Positions 19,449-29,549 of a stretch of DNA of 64,000 nt are shown in pieces. Positions within the stretch are counted from its first letter, which is position 1, and every line of letters begins with the position of its first letter. Source of the stretch: Patescibacteria group bacterium (GTDB lineage Bacteria; Patescibacteriota; Minisyncoccia; UBA6257; 2-01-FULL-56-20). Where the stretch lies: positions 173,956-237,955 of the forward strand of contig JAGXBC010000001.1 of the NCBI GenBank assembly GCA_018971305.1, in the 5' to 3' direction. The notes below the pieces were generated by a model. The model was not told the DNA's origin, searched no databases, and was given only the letters and a program-made list of their open reading frames with translations. The translations under genes were made by a program, and so were the position numbers.

Positions 19449-20495
19449 ATGACACAGGCTCCAAAAAAATCCAAAGAGGAAAACACAAAAGAACTTGACG
19501 GCCTTATCTCCTCCCTTCGGGAAAAATTCGGCGAGGGAGCGATAATGAAGCTCGGCGAAGCGAAACACGTTGACGTATCGGTTGTTCCCACCGGTTCATT
19601 CTCTTTAGACCTTGCACTCGGCGTCGGCGGCCTGCCTCGGGGAAGAATCATTGAGATTTACGGACCGGAATCCAGCGGCAAAACAACTTTGGCTTTGAAT
19701 GTTGTGGCTCAAGCACAACGCCAGGGAGGAAAAACTGCTTTTATTGACGCTGAGCACGCCATGGACCCCGAATACGCAGCGCGCCTGGGAGTTAAGATCA
19801 ATGAACTCTTGATATCCCAGCCCGACAGTGGTGAAGAGGCCCTCAATATTCTAGAAAGCTTAGTGCGTTCGGAAATGATTTCCGTTGTAGTTGTTGACTC
19901 CGTGGCGGCACTCACTCCTAAGGCAGAAATTGAGGGAGAAATGGGAGCTCAACACGTCGGCCGCCAGGCAAGAATGATGGCCCAGGCCCTGCGGAAACTC
20001 ACAGCTCTTGCCGCGAAAACGCAGACGATGGTAATTTTTATAAATCAATTGCGGATGAAAATAGGCGTAATGTTCGGCAACCCGGAAACGACACCTGGAG
20101 GAATGGCCTTAAAATTCGCGGCATCGGTGCGCATTGACGTCCGCCGAATCGCCCAAGTGAAAAAGGGTGAAGAGGTTATGGGAAACCGTGTAAGGGCAAA
20201 GGTTGTAAAAAATAAAGTGGCCCCGCCGTTCCGCCTCGCGGAATTCGACATAATGTTCAACGAAGGAATCTCCTATGAGGCAGACGTACTTAATGCCGGG
20301 ATAAAATACGATGTGGTCAAGAAATCCGGCGCAAGTTATTCTTTCGGCGGAGAAAAACTGGGGACTGGCTTTGATAATGTCCGCGAAAAGCTTAAAGAAG
20401 ATAAAAAAATCGTCAACGAGATAAAGAAGAAAGTGGTGGAGGCTATAAAAACTGGCCCAGCGAAAGAAAAGGAAGAGGATAAGAAAACTTCCTGA
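19449..20495 (+). CDS. recA: recombinase RecA
   Basis: Walker [10 protein letters not shown]. ...[11 protein letters not shown]... and the L1/L2 loop context match RecA. The ORF track starts at TTG 19413, but ATG 19449 (MTQAPKK...) gives the canonical N-terminal length. Confidence 0.95.
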   Translation: MTQAPKKSKEENTKELDGLISSLREKFGEGAIMKLGEAKHVDVSVVPTGSFSLDLALGVGGLPRGRIIEIYGPESSGKTTLALNVVAQAQRQGGKTAFIDAEHAMDPEYAARLGVKINELLISQPDSGEEALNILESLVRSEMISVVVVDSVAALTPKAEIEGEMGAQHVGRQARMMAQALRKLTALAAKTQTMVIFINQLRMKIGVMFGNPETTPGGMALKFAASVRIDVRRIAQVKKGEEVMGNRVRAKVVKNKVAPPFRLAEFDIMFNEGISYEADVLNAGIKYDVVKKSGASYSFGGEKLGTGFDNVREKLKEDKKIVNEIKKKVVEAIKTGPAKEKEEDKKTS

Positions 20496-20517
20496 TAATA
20501 GATGTGTAAATAAAAAT

Positions 20518-20538
20518 GAGGCGCGCTTGCGCCTCTTT
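20518..20538. terminator. bidirectional terminator between convergent recA and the 20551 gene
   Basis: GAGGCGC-GCTT-GCGCCTC hairpin flanked by TAAAAAT and TTTAAAT. Confidence 0.6.
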
Positions 20539-20550
20539 AAATATCCAATC

Positions 20551-21204
20551 TTATTCAAGATAATCTACAACGACAGGCTCTGGCCTTAATTCATTATTTC
20601 CCTTGGCGCCACCGAAAATCCTAAGAGTGCTAAATCCCCTCACAAGCGAATGACCAATCCACCTCCTGTCTACCGGAGAAAATTTGTTCTGATCATCGCC
20701 GTCTTCAAAAAGAAGGCTTAAACCTAAAAATTCAAGCCATTCTTCGTGCCGCATGGCATTCAATCCCAGGTAATGGTAAGACCTCCCCGACGCTATAATA
20801 TATCCGGGGAGAACCAGGTCGCTTTTCGATCTGCTCATAACCGTTCCGAATTCTTGTCGTAATATGCCAATAGCATCGTCTGAAATCGGAATGGAAAAAT
20901 CTAATTGAGGTAAATACATAGCTTCACCGTTCTTATGTCGGGCAACAGAGCATAAGCCGACAACGGTTGACACGCTTAACGCACAATTATCACGTAATAA
21001 AAGCAGCTCTTCCTTAACCGTATCTTTTTTAGAAACGTCTAGCAAAGAATACTTGCGCTCCGATTCGCTTTGCGTCATACCATTCGACTTATAAATAAAA
21101 CAAACTGTTCGTAGGTTGACTAACTCTTTATTCCTTTCGGCAATTTCCAAGACAACGTCGATAGAATGCGCCGTCCCGTTCAGAGGAAGCATATAGACCT
21201 CCAT
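20551..21204 (-). CDS. hypothetical protein
   Basis: 217-aa ORF with no firm family. It contains an ...IASGRSYHYLG... segment reminiscent of the AEP-primase SGxGxHxY motif (speculative). Confidence 0.45.
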   Translation of the reverse strand: MEVYMLPLNGTAHSIDVVLEIAERNKELVNLRTVCFIYKSNGMTQSESERKYSLLDVSKKDTVKEELLLLRDNCALSVSTVVGLCSVARHKNGEAMYLPQLDFSIPISDDAIGILRQEFGTVMSRSKSDLVLPGYIIASGRSYHYLGLNAMRHEEWLEFLGLSLLFEDGDDQNKFSPVDRRWIGHSLVRGFSTLRIFGGAKGNNELRPEPVVVDYLE

Positions 21205-21270
21205 GATTCAAGGATGTAAATTCGAGCTGTTTAGAATATAACCAATCTGAACCTATGGCGCAATAGTTTT

Positions 21271-22290
21271 CTACAACCTCGATATTGCTTCGTTAAATCC
21301 GCTCTCTGAAGCGCTCATAATTAGATAACCGTTATACCAGCCGTAAACGAAAGCGGCGCCCGGCGAAGAAAATGTCAGTTCGCGCGCTGGCTGACCGCTT
21401 AAAGTTATATCCTTGAATCCATTCGTGTCGGCATTGCCCGGGGAAGTTAAAAAGAATCCGGGAACTTGCGACGATTGTTCGATTTTTGCAACGTCGTCTT
21501 TCAGGAACAACCAATTCTCGGTCGGCTTCAGTTGCAGAATATATCCGGGCCAGGAACCATTTTTATCTTTGTAAACAAACATCGTCGCGTCCGTATTGAA
21601 ATGGGCGAAGAGATAAGCCGGATCCAAAAGCGCCACATCGGCATAATTTAAAAGCTGGATTGCTTCATAGTTATTGCCTTTCTCATCCTCGGCGTTCACT
21701 TCAAAGAAACCTCCGGTACTCGTTGACGGCAAAATTCCTAAAAGTTTTTGGCTGTACGTTTGCAAATCAAAAGAACTTTGGGCCGTGGAACGGATAACAA
21801 GCACAAGCGTTTTATCCGCAGATTTCTTAAAGAACGATTGATGAATAGTACTCCCTGCCGCAGTCACCGATTGATTTGCGCCAGTTTGTTGCTGTGCCGG
21901 CTGTCCTGCCTGATCCTGTTTCTGAATGGTAGCGGGGGCTCCGGTACTGCCACCAGGAGGAGGCAAGATATTATAGAACAAAAATGCTCCGGCACCGATA
22001 GCGCCAATGGCAATGAGTGTGATGAGGGGAATTAAAAAACTATTTTTTTTTATGCCTCCAGCCGGTCCGTTGGTTTCTTCCGTTTGCACCGGACGCACGG
22101 TTGCGACTTTCACGCTTTTGAATCTCGGGCCAGAACCTCCGCTTGCCACCATCGATTCAATATCCGATTGCATCGTACGAATCCTTACCTCGTGCGGCGG
22201 CTCGGGAATGCTCGGGCTTGAATCTTCGGTGTTTGGCGATTGCCCGACACTGCCAGCTGCCCAAAAATTTTCTTGATTGTTTTCTGCCAT
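21271..22290 (-). CDS. hypothetical membrane-anchored protein (disordered N-terminus, one TM, extracytoplasmic C-terminal domain)
   Basis: 339 aa. TM helix SFLIPLITLIAIGAIGAGAFLFY. Q/T/S-rich linker. No recognisable catalytic motif. Confidence 0.5.
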   Translation of the reverse strand: MAENNQENFWAAGSVGQSPNTEDSSPSIPEPPHEVRIRTMQSDIESMVASGGSGPRFKSVKVATVRPVQTEETNGPAGGIKKNSFLIPLITLIAIGAIGAGAFLFYNILPPPGGSTGAPATIQKQDQAGQPAQQQTGANQSVTAAGSTIHQSFFKKSADKTLVLVIRSTAQSSFDLQTYSQKLLGILPSTSTGGFFEVNAEDEKGNNYEAIQLLNYADVALLDPAYLFAHFNTDATMFVYKDKNGSWPGYILQLKPTENWLFLKDDVAKIEQSSQVPGFFLTSPGNADTNGFKDITLSGQPARELTFSSPGAAFVYGWYNGYLIMSASESGFNEAISRL

Positions 22291-22374
22291 TTGTTTTTAT
22301 TTTAACATCCGGAAACCGATTATCGCCAACGGCACCGATTACTAAAATCCCAGGGATGGTTTAGAATTAAAGTT

Positions 22375-23907
22375 ATGCAGAAACGTTCGGTAATGCTTAT
22401 AATTTTGGACGGTTGGGGAATTGGCAAAGAAGACGATACCAATCCGGTTAACATCGCGAAGCCGGAGACATTTTCCTGGCTACGAAAAAATTTTCCCTTA
22501 ACTAGCCTGCGGGCATCGGGTATTGCAGTAGGTCTCCCCTGGGGAGAAACAGGCAACAGCGAGGTCGGACATTTAACGCTCGGTGCCGGCAAGGTTATAT
22601 ATCAATACTACCCGAAAATCACTATGGCTATTCAAGACGGCAGCTTCTTTGAAAATCCGGTCTTAAAAGATGCCTTCGCCCATGCAAGAAAAAATAGCTC
22701 GGCAGTCAACTTCGCCGGGCTTTTGAGCCGCGGCAACGTCCATGCGGCGCTCGATCATCTGCTAGCTCTTATTGAAATGGGCGAGAAAGAAAACGTGCCG
22801 GTGAAACTTCATCTTTTCGCCGACGGCAAGGACACCCCTCCCAAGAGCGTGCTAAAATTCCTCAAAGAAATTCCCGCGGAAAAAATTGCCACGCTCACCG
22901 GCCGCTATTACGCGATGGACCGCAGCGGAAAATGGCAACTAACTGAACAGGCTTATAACAACCTTGTCGGTAAATCAGGAATAATCGTCGTGAGTCCCGA
23001 CGAAGAGTTGGAAAAGGTTTTCTCCCGCGATCTTTCGGAAGAATATCTACCGCCCTTAAGATTCGGCGCCGGAAGTGAGATAAAAGACGGCGAGTCGCTT
23101 GTCTTCTTCAACTACCGCGAAGACAGCATCCGTCAGACAGCCGAGGCCTTCATTTTAAAAGATTTCAACGAATTCCCGCGTGAAAATTTCCAAGACCTGT
23201 ATATCGCCACATTCACCCATTATGAAGACAAACTTACTGCTCCGGTTGTTTTTGACGGCGACAAAGTAATGGAACCTCTCGGCAAAGTCATAAGTGATGC
23301 CGGGAAAAATCAACTGCGTCTCGCCGAGAGCTATAAATATGCCCACGTAACATTTTTTTTCAACGGCTATAGAGAATCACCTTTCAAAAACGAGTATAGA
23401 ATTTTAATTCCTTCTCTCTCAACCGCCAAACCAGAAGAGCATCCCGAACTCCAAGCCCAGGCCATAACCGACCGCCTGCTGGAAACAATACAAAATCCGG
23501 CATTTGATTTTATTCTTGTCAATTATTCCAACCCGGATACGATGGGACACACTGCCAACTTTGAGGCCGGCGTGGAAGCCGTTCGCACCATAGATAAAGA
23601 ACTCGGCCGCCTTTTAAAATCGGCGATAAACCCGGACATGGCGATTATCATAACTTCCGATCACGGCAATATAGAAGAAATGCTTGATCCAACCACTGGT
23701 TTACCCGAAAGTCAGCACGATCCGAACCCGGTCCCCTTATATCTCATCGCTCCGGAATTCAAGGGGAAAAAATTCTTGAACTGGCAGAATATTGAGAACG
23801 AAACGATGGGCGGACTAGCGGATGTCGCCCCTACCATTTTGGAACTTTTAGGCATCAAACAGCCGCCCGAAATGACGGGTAGAAGCCTATTGGAGGGGTT
23901 AATATAA
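22375..23907 (+). CDS. gpmI: 2,3-bisphosphoglycerate-independent phosphoglycerate mutase
   Basis: 510 aa. The N-terminus MQKRSVMLIILDGWGIGKEDDTNPV... matches the iPGM signature. Ser phosphotransfer region and metal-binding C-terminal domain (TSDHGN). Confidence 0.95.
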   Translation: MQKRSVMLIILDGWGIGKEDDTNPVNIAKPETFSWLRKNFPLTSLRASGIAVGLPWGETGNSEVGHLTLGAGKVIYQYYPKITMAIQDGSFFENPVLKDAFAHARKNSSAVNFAGLLSRGNVHAALDHLLALIEMGEKENVPVKLHLFADGKDTPPKSVLKFLKEIPAEKIATLTGRYYAMDRSGKWQLTEQAYNNLVGKSGIIVVSPDEELEKVFSRDLSEEYLPPLRFGAGSEIKDGESLVFFNYREDSIRQTAEAFILKDFNEFPRENFQDLYIATFTHYEDKLTAPVVFDGDKVMEPLGKVISDAGKNQLRLAESYKYAHVTFFFNGYRESPFKNEYRILIPSLSTAKPEEHPELQAQAITDRLLETIQNPAFDFILVNYSNPDTMGHTANFEAGVEAVRTIDKELGRLLKSAINPDMAIIITSDHGNIEEMLDPTTGLPESQHDPNPVPLYLIAPEFKGKKFLNWQNIENETMGGLADVAPTILELLGIKQPPEMTGRSLLEGLI

Positions 23908-23967
23908 TCCGCTCCATTAAAGAAAATATACATCCGCTTTGCCCGTTTTTTGCTATAATTATATAAA

Positions 23968-24315
23968 GTGAAATTTCTAGCTAAAATCTTTCTCGTCATA
24001 GCCGCTAACGCCGGAGCAATCTGGGCGGCAGCGACTTATGTTCCCGGATTCCATTTCTCCGGGAGCACGATAGAACTCCTTGAGCTCGCCCTTATATTAA
24101 TGGCTCTCAATCTTATATTAAAGCCAATCGTTAAATTACTTCTCGGTCCGATAATTGTCCTCACGCTCGGCATCGGCCTTATAGTAGTAAATGCTTTAAT
24201 GCTTTATATTCTTGACATTTTTTCCAAAAGCATTACGATTGAAACCATTCCTGCGCTAGTTTACGGAACGCTCATCGTCAGCGTTATAAATTTTATTGTT
24301 CACCTTGCGACGTAG
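23968..24315 (+). CDS. small 4-TM membrane protein (DUF360 / phage holin family IV-like)
   Basis: 115 aa, four hydrophobic helices. The pattern is similar to YvlD/holin-4 family proteins. Confidence 0.45.
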   Translation: MKFLAKIFLVIAANAGAIWAAATYVPGFHFSGSTIELLELALILMALNLILKPIVKLLLGPIIVLTLGIGLIVVNALMLYILDIFSKSITIETIPALVYGTLIVSVINFIVHLAT

Positions 24316-24324
24316 GAATCTTTA

Positions 24325-24546
24325 TTGGACATGTTAATCCCAATTCTCCAAATAATTATCGCTCTGGTCTTGGTCGTACTTATATTACTGCAGGAACGTT
24401 CTGCCGGGCTTTCCGGTATTTTTGGCGGCGAAGGCGGCGGGTTCTATCAAACTCGCCGAGGCCTGGAAAAGGTTATTTTTTATTCCACGATAGTGCTTAC
24501 GATTATTTTCGTAGCTCTTGCGATATATCAGCTTATTTACGGTTAA
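24325..24546 (+). CDS. secG: preprotein translocase subunit SecG
   Basis: 73 aa. Two TM helices flank a Gly-rich loop (LLQERSAGLSGIFGGEGGGFYQTRRGLE). Confidence 0.7.
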   Translation: MDMLIPILQIIIALVLVVLILLQERSAGLSGIFGGEGGGFYQTRRGLEKVIFYSTIVLTIIFVALAIYQLIYG

Positions 24547-24621
24547 AACCGGCGGCGGATAACGAATTTCATCGCGTACGAACGAATTCGTAAAATTTGC
24601 GCCGGATCAGAAATTCGTTTT

Positions 24622-26271
24622 ATGTATACGCTTAAAAAAATATTCCTTGCGCTCACTGTTAAAGAAAAAGTCGTCTTTGTCGGAGCCGCTATACTCTTTA
24701 TTATCAGCGGTCTTACTCTTTTCGGCCTCGGGCTAGCCAAATCCACGGAGGCCGTACCGGCGGCAGGCGGAAGATATGCTGAGGGAGTTGTGGGCCAGCC
24801 CATCTATATAAATCCCGTAATAGCTTCAAACGAAATAGACAGGGGTTTGGTCAAACTTGTTTTCAGCAACATCCAGGATATTGCGGACAAAATTGACGTT
24901 TCACCGGACGGCAGGATATGGAAAATACGCCTCAAAACCGATCTCCATTGGCAGGACGGAGAGAAGCTCACTAGCGACGACGTTATTTTCACAATCCAAA
25001 AAATACAAGACCAAGAAACCAATTCTCCATTTTTCGGTGAATGGCAGGGGGTGGCGGCTCAACGCTTAAGCGAATTAGAATTGCAACTAAGCCTTGTAAA
25101 CCCCTACGCCTTTTTCTCCGACACCCTCAAGAATCTTTACATTTTACCAAAACACCTTTTCGCAGACGTACCGCCTGCCAACTGGCGACTCTCCGATTAT
25201 AATTTAAAACCCATCGGCAGCGGGCCTTATAAATTCCTCTCTTACGATAAAAGAACCGATGGTTTTATTTATATGTACAGACTTGCCGCCTGGGATAAAT
25301 ACTTCGGAGACAAATCGCTTATCCAAAATTTTGACTTTCAACTATTTTCCAACGCAGACGACCTTATCAATAATTTCAACTCTGGGGCCATTGATGGCAT
25401 TGCCGGAATTGAACCGGCTGAAATCGCGCAGATAAAACGCCCCTACGAAAACATCTCTTTCCGCTTGCCTAACTACTATGCCGTATTCCTCAATCAGTCA
25501 AAAAGCGTTCCGCTTAAGGATGTAGCCGTACGCCAGGCACTGACATTAGCGACTGACAAAGAAAATATCATAAATAGCGTTTTGGGTGGACGTGGCAGTA
25601 TTGATGCCGGTCCGATTCCCGAAGGCGCACCCTACTACAATCCGGGAATAGAAACTGCCACCAACTCCCTCGAACTTGCCTCCGCGACCCTGGATGCCGC
25701 CGGTTGGAAAATTGACGCTTCCGGCACGCGCGAAAAGACCATCGGTAAAACCAAGGTGCCGCTGGAGCTGAACCTCTCGGTACCGCAAATAGATTTTCTG
25801 ACACAGACCGCGGATATTCTGCGGCAAGAATGGCAGCGTGTCGGATTTAAAATCAACATCGTCTCGCAGCCTATTAACGATATAACTGATAACACGATAA
25901 AAAATAGGGACTACGAAATGCTCTTGTTCGGCAATGTTCTCGGCCGGAGTTCAGACCTTTTTTCTTTCTGGCATTCATCGGAAAGATTCTACCCTGGGTT
26001 AAATCTGGCAATTTACAATAATAAAACGGCCGATCCGCTCATTGAGTCAATCAGGCAAAATCTGGATAATACCAATCGAACCGATCAGTTCAACAAACTA
26101 TTAAGTATTATAATGAACGACTATCCCGCGGTTTTTCTCTACTCTCCGGACTACCTATACCTCGCGAGCAAGAATCTTCACGGAGTTGAGAGCGGATTCC
26201 TATCTGATCCATCCGATATCTTCACCACTGCCAATAAATGGTATCTAAAAACAGCAAGGGTGCTAAAATAG
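24622..26271 (+). CDS. ABC transporter substrate-binding protein, family 5 (peptide/nickel type), membrane-anchored
   Basis: 549 aa. N-terminal TM anchor, then a large periplasmic domain with SBP_bac_5-like architecture. Confidence 0.6.
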   Translation: MYTLKKIFLALTVKEKVVFVGAAILFIISGLTLFGLGLAKSTEAVPAAGGRYAEGVVGQPIYINPVIASNEIDRGLVKLVFSNIQDIADKIDVSPDGRIWKIRLKTDLHWQDGEKLTSDDVIFTIQKIQDQETNSPFFGEWQGVAAQRLSELELQLSLVNPYAFFSDTLKNLYILPKHLFADVPPANWRLSDYNLKPIGSGPYKFLSYDKRTDGFIYMYRLAAWDKYFGDKSLIQNFDFQLFSNADDLINNFNSGAIDGIAGIEPAEIAQIKRPYENISFRLPNYYAVFLNQSKSVPLKDVAVRQALTLATDKENIINSVLGGRGSIDAGPIPEGAPYYNPGIETATNSLELASATLDAAGWKIDASGTREKTIGKTKVPLELNLSVPQIDFLTQTADILRQEWQRVGFKINIVSQPINDITDNTIKNRDYEMLLFGNVLGRSSDLFSFWHSSERFYPGLNLAIYNNKTADPLIESIRQNLDNTNRTDQFNKLLSIIMNDYPAVFLYSPDYLYLASKNLHGVESGFLSDPSDIFTTANKWYLKTARVLK

Positions 26272-26291
26272 GCAATCATCAAAGGCGCGGC

Positions 26292-26319
26292 TTGACTTTA
26301 CTGCCCTATCTGCTATAAT
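26292..26319 (+). promoter_or_regulatory. near-consensus sigma70 promoter upstream of tRNA-Leu
   Basis: TTGACT (26292-26297), 16-nt spacer, TATAAT (26314-26319). Confidence 0.55.
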
Positions 26320-26438
26320 GATAATAATCTCAATTAATACCTCCTTTTGCTAATTGACTTCGATGATGGCTTTTAACCAGGCGACATATCTGCTGTTTTA
26401 AGAGAATTCTGCGTGCTTTTTGTTATTAAATTTTCCTT

Positions 26439-26522
26439 GCCCTCCTGGTGGAATTGGCAGACACGTACGCTTCAGGTGCGTATGTCCGCAAGGACGTAGA
26501 GGTTCAAATCCTCTGGAGGGCA
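26439..26522 (+). tRNA. tRNA-Leu (anticodon CAG), class II with long variable arm
   Basis: Acceptor GCCCTCC/GGAGGGC, discriminator A. Anticodon stem TACGC/GCGTA with loop TTCAGGT. Variable stem GTCC-GCAA-GGAC. T-arm AGAGG-TTCAAAT-CCTCT. CCA not encoded. Confidence 0.9.
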
Positions 26523-26614
26523 CAAGCGCATCCCGCCGAAACGGGACGATCACAAAATTATAGGGGTTCCAACACCGCTCCCCTAACACAAAATAAAATC
26601 TAAATAAAAAAATT

Positions 26615-28504
26615 ATGCTAAAAAAATCAACGGAACGTCCGCGGATAAAACCTCCGGCCGTGCCGCGTCGTAATCCTCCGGATGCAGGCGGGGCAATTCC
26701 AAAGCGAACCGCTCGTCCGGCACAAACCGGATCACGAGGCGGAAATGGCAACGCCTTTCAACACGCGCGTCATTTTTCGCGCACACGCGAAACTAATCCA
26801 TCTCCGAAACCGGAATACGAAAAAACGGGCGGCGATGAAAATAGCGACAAACTCCGCTTCGTACCCCTTGGCGGACTGGAAGAAGTCGGGAGAAATTCTA
26901 TGTTCTATGAATACAAGAACGAGATCGTCGTGGTAGATCTCGGCCTGCAATTTCCGGAAGAAGAAACTCCGGGAATAGATTATATAATTCCCAACGTCAC
27001 TTATCTTGAAAAGAAAAAAACCAATGTCCAGGCCGTAATTTTGACTCACGCTCACTACGACCACATCGGCGCCGTTCCGCACGTCATAGAAAAACTCGGC
27101 AATCCTCCGATATACACGACATCCATCACGAAAGCGATAATAGAAAAACGCCAATCGGATTTCCCGAACAGTCCGAAACTGAACATTGAGGTCATCAAGA
27201 ATGGAGATAAAATCAAACTCTCTAATTATTTTGAAGCGGAGTTCTTCGGCGTACCGCATACTGTCCCAGAAACTGTCGGAGTTGTTTTAAAAACTCCCAT
27301 AGGAAATATGGTTCACTTCGCCGACTTCAGAATTGAATATGACGAGAAGGGAACCGCTCACGGCCTTGAAGAATTCGAGCGCATCGGCAAACTCGGTATC
27401 CACACATTTACCATAGACAGCACCAATGCCGAAAAAGAAGGAAAAACAATTTCGGAAAAAACCGTTGAGAAAAACCTGGAAGAGATCTTCCGCAAATCAG
27501 ACGGCAGGATAATCGTCGCCACCTTCGCTTCGCTTTTAACCCGCATCGCGGAAATAATAAAAATAGCCGAGAAAATCGGGCGGCGCGTGGCTTTATCCGG
27601 CTATTCAATGAAAACCAACGTACAGATCGCGCAAAACCTCGGCTTTATCAAAGCCAAACAGGGAACGATAATCTCTCTTGATGAAATAAACAAGCATAGG
27701 GACGAGAAACTTCTTATCCTCTCCACCGGCGCCCAAGGCGAAGCGAATGCCAGCTTGATGAAAATAATCAACGGCGAACACCGGCAGGTTAAACTCAAAC
27801 ACGGCGACACGGTTGTGCTTTCGTCTTCCGTAATCCCGGGAAACGAGCGAAGCGTCCAAGTCGTGAAAGATAATCTGGCAAGACAGGGTGCGATAGTCCA
27901 CACTTCGGCATTGATAGACATCCACTCTTCCGGACACGCCCCCAAAGATGACCTGCAACTCGTAATGAAACTTATTAAGCCGAAATTCCTGCTCCCCGTT
28001 CATGGCTACTATTTCATGCGCTCGGCAAACGCCCAGTCGGCGCGGGAAGTTGGCATACCGAAAGAAAACGTCATCTTGATGGACAACGGCCAAGTCGCCG
28101 AACTTGATAAAGACAGTTTCAAAATAACCAAAGAAACCGTTCCGGCGTTTTACGTTATGGTTGACGGCCTTGGCGTCGGCGACGTGGAAGAAGTGGTTCT
28201 CCGCGACAGGCGCGCGCTTGCCGCCGAAGGAATGGTTGTGATTATCACAACCATAGATAAAGACAAAGGTAAATTACTTAAGAGCCCGGACATCATTTCG
28301 CGCGGATTTATTTATCTCAAAGAAAATCAGGAGGTCTTAGATCAGGTGAGAAAAAAGATCCGCGACCTGATGCAGCGCCTGCCGAGCTACCAGCCGATTG
28401 AAGCCGACTATCTGAAAACCCTTATCCGCGATCAAGTAGGACAGTTCCTCTATACTAAAACCAAGAGACGTCCCATGATATTGCCGGTAATAATAGAAAT
28501 CTAG
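26615..28504 (+). CDS. rnj: ribonuclease J (MBL/beta-CASP) with about 75-aa Arg/Pro-rich N-terminal extension
   Basis: KLRFVPLGGLEEVGRNSMFYEY matches the RNase J N-terminus. HxHxDH motif ILTHAHYDHIGAVPHV. Beta-CASP and C-terminal domains. Length 629 aa. Confidence 0.9.
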   Translation: MLKKSTERPRIKPPAVPRRNPPDAGGAIPKRTARPAQTGSRGGNGNAFQHARHFSRTRETNPSPKPEYEKTGGDENSDKLRFVPLGGLEEVGRNSMFYEYKNEIVVVDLGLQFPEEETPGIDYIIPNVTYLEKKKTNVQAVILTHAHYDHIGAVPHVIEKLGNPPIYTTSITKAIIEKRQSDFPNSPKLNIEVIKNGDKIKLSNYFEAEFFGVPHTVPETVGVVLKTPIGNMVHFADFRIEYDEKGTAHGLEEFERIGKLGIHTFTIDSTNAEKEGKTISEKTVEKNLEEIFRKSDGRIIVATFASLLTRIAEIIKIAEKIGRRVALSGYSMKTNVQIAQNLGFIKAKQGTIISLDEINKHRDEKLLILSTGAQGEANASLMKIINGEHRQVKLKHGDTVVLSSSVIPGNERSVQVVKDNLARQGAIVHTSALIDIHSSGHAPKDDLQLVMKLIKPKFLLPVHGYYFMRSANAQSAREVGIPKENVILMDNGQVAELDKDSFKITKETVPAFYVMVDGLGVGDVEEVVLRDRRALAAEGMVVIITTIDKDKGKLLKSPDIISRGFIYLKENQEVLDQVRKKIRDLMQRLPSYQPIEADYLKTLIRDQVGQFLYTKTKRRPMILPVIIEI

Positions 28505-28518
28505 TTAACCATAAAAAA

Positions 28519-28540
28519 ACCGCACAAAATGCGGTTTTTA
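28519..28540 (+). terminator. rho-independent terminator of rnj
   Basis: ACCGCA-CAAAA-TGCGGT followed by TTTTTAT. Confidence 0.65.
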
Positions 28541-28556
28541 TGTTAGAATTTTAATT

Positions 28557-29549
28557 ATGAAACCAATTCTTGTTTCCGGCATCCAGACTTCAGGCCGATT
28601 GCACCTTGGCAATTATTTGGGCGCCTTAAAAAATTTTGTTGACCTGCAAAATTCGGGAAAGTACGATTGTTATTTTTTCTTAGCCGACTTACATTCATTA
28701 ACCGAGGCGTTCAATCCAGAAGATAAACATAAACAAGTCATTGAACTGGCCGCGGATTTTCTGGCTGCCGGCCTGGACCCCAAGAAATCCGTTATCTTCC
28801 AGCAATCGCAGGTCCCGGCGCATACGGAACTCGGATGGATTTTCAATACGATTACGCCATTCGGAGAATTAAACAGGATGACACAGTTTAAAGAGAAATC
28901 CGACGCGCAAAAAGAAAATGCGAATGTCGGGCTTTTAACTTATCCCACTCTGATGGCCGCCGACATTCTTTTATATGACGCCAAATTTGTGCCGGTTGGC
29001 GACGACCAAAAACAGCATTTGGAACTCACGAGAACTATCGCCCGTAAATTCAACGCCAAATTCGGCGAAACTTTCACGGAGCCACAACCACTATTTACAG
29101 CAGCCACTCGGGTGATGAACCTTGGCGAACCGGAGCGAAAAATGTCCAAGTCGCGCTCGCATCCACAAAACGTGATTTTCGTTGACGACTCGCCGGAAGA
29201 AATTTCCGCCAAAATAAAATCCGCCGTAACAGACTCCGGCTCGGAGGTTAAGTACGACATCAAAAACAAACCCGCAATAAGCAACTTGCTTACTATCTAT
29301 TCCGCCCTAAGCGGAGAAGCCATCCCTAAACTGGAGAAATATTTCACAGGGAAAAAGTATTCAGAGTTCAAAGTTAAGCTTGCAGAGCTGATATCCGATT
29401 ACTTCGCGGATTACCGCAAGAAGAAAAAGTTATTACTCGCCAAACCGCAGACACTTATAACAACGCTCAAATCCGGTTCAGCCAAAGCGGCAAAAGTTGC
29501 CGACAAAAAGATACACGAAGTTAAAAAAATAATAGGATTGGCGATTTAA
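28557..29549 (+). CDS. trpS: tryptophanyl-tRNA synthetase
   Basis: HIGH-region equivalent SGIQTSGRLHLGNYLG. KMSKS motif (RKMSKSRSH). 330 aa, class I TrpRS. Confidence 0.95.
   Translation: MKPILVSGIQTSGRLHLGNYLGALKNFVDLQNSGKYDCYFFLADLHSLTEAFNPEDKHKQVIELAADFLAAGLDPKKSVIFQQSQVPAHTELGWIFNTITPFGELNRMTQFKEKSDAQKENANVGLLTYPTLMAADILLYDAKFVPVGDDQKQHLELTRTIARKFNAKFGETFTEPQPLFTAATRVMNLGEPERKMSKSRSHPQNVIFVDDSPEEISAKIKSAVTDSGSEVKYDIKNKPAISNLLTIYSALSGEAIPKLEKYFTGKKYSEFKVKLAELISDYFADYRKKKKLLLAKPQTLITTLKSGSAKAAKVADKKIHEVKKIIGLAI

Noticed and set aside
26398-26751. 117-aa minus-strand ORF
   Set aside because: Overlaps tRNA-Leu and the RNase J N-terminus antisense.
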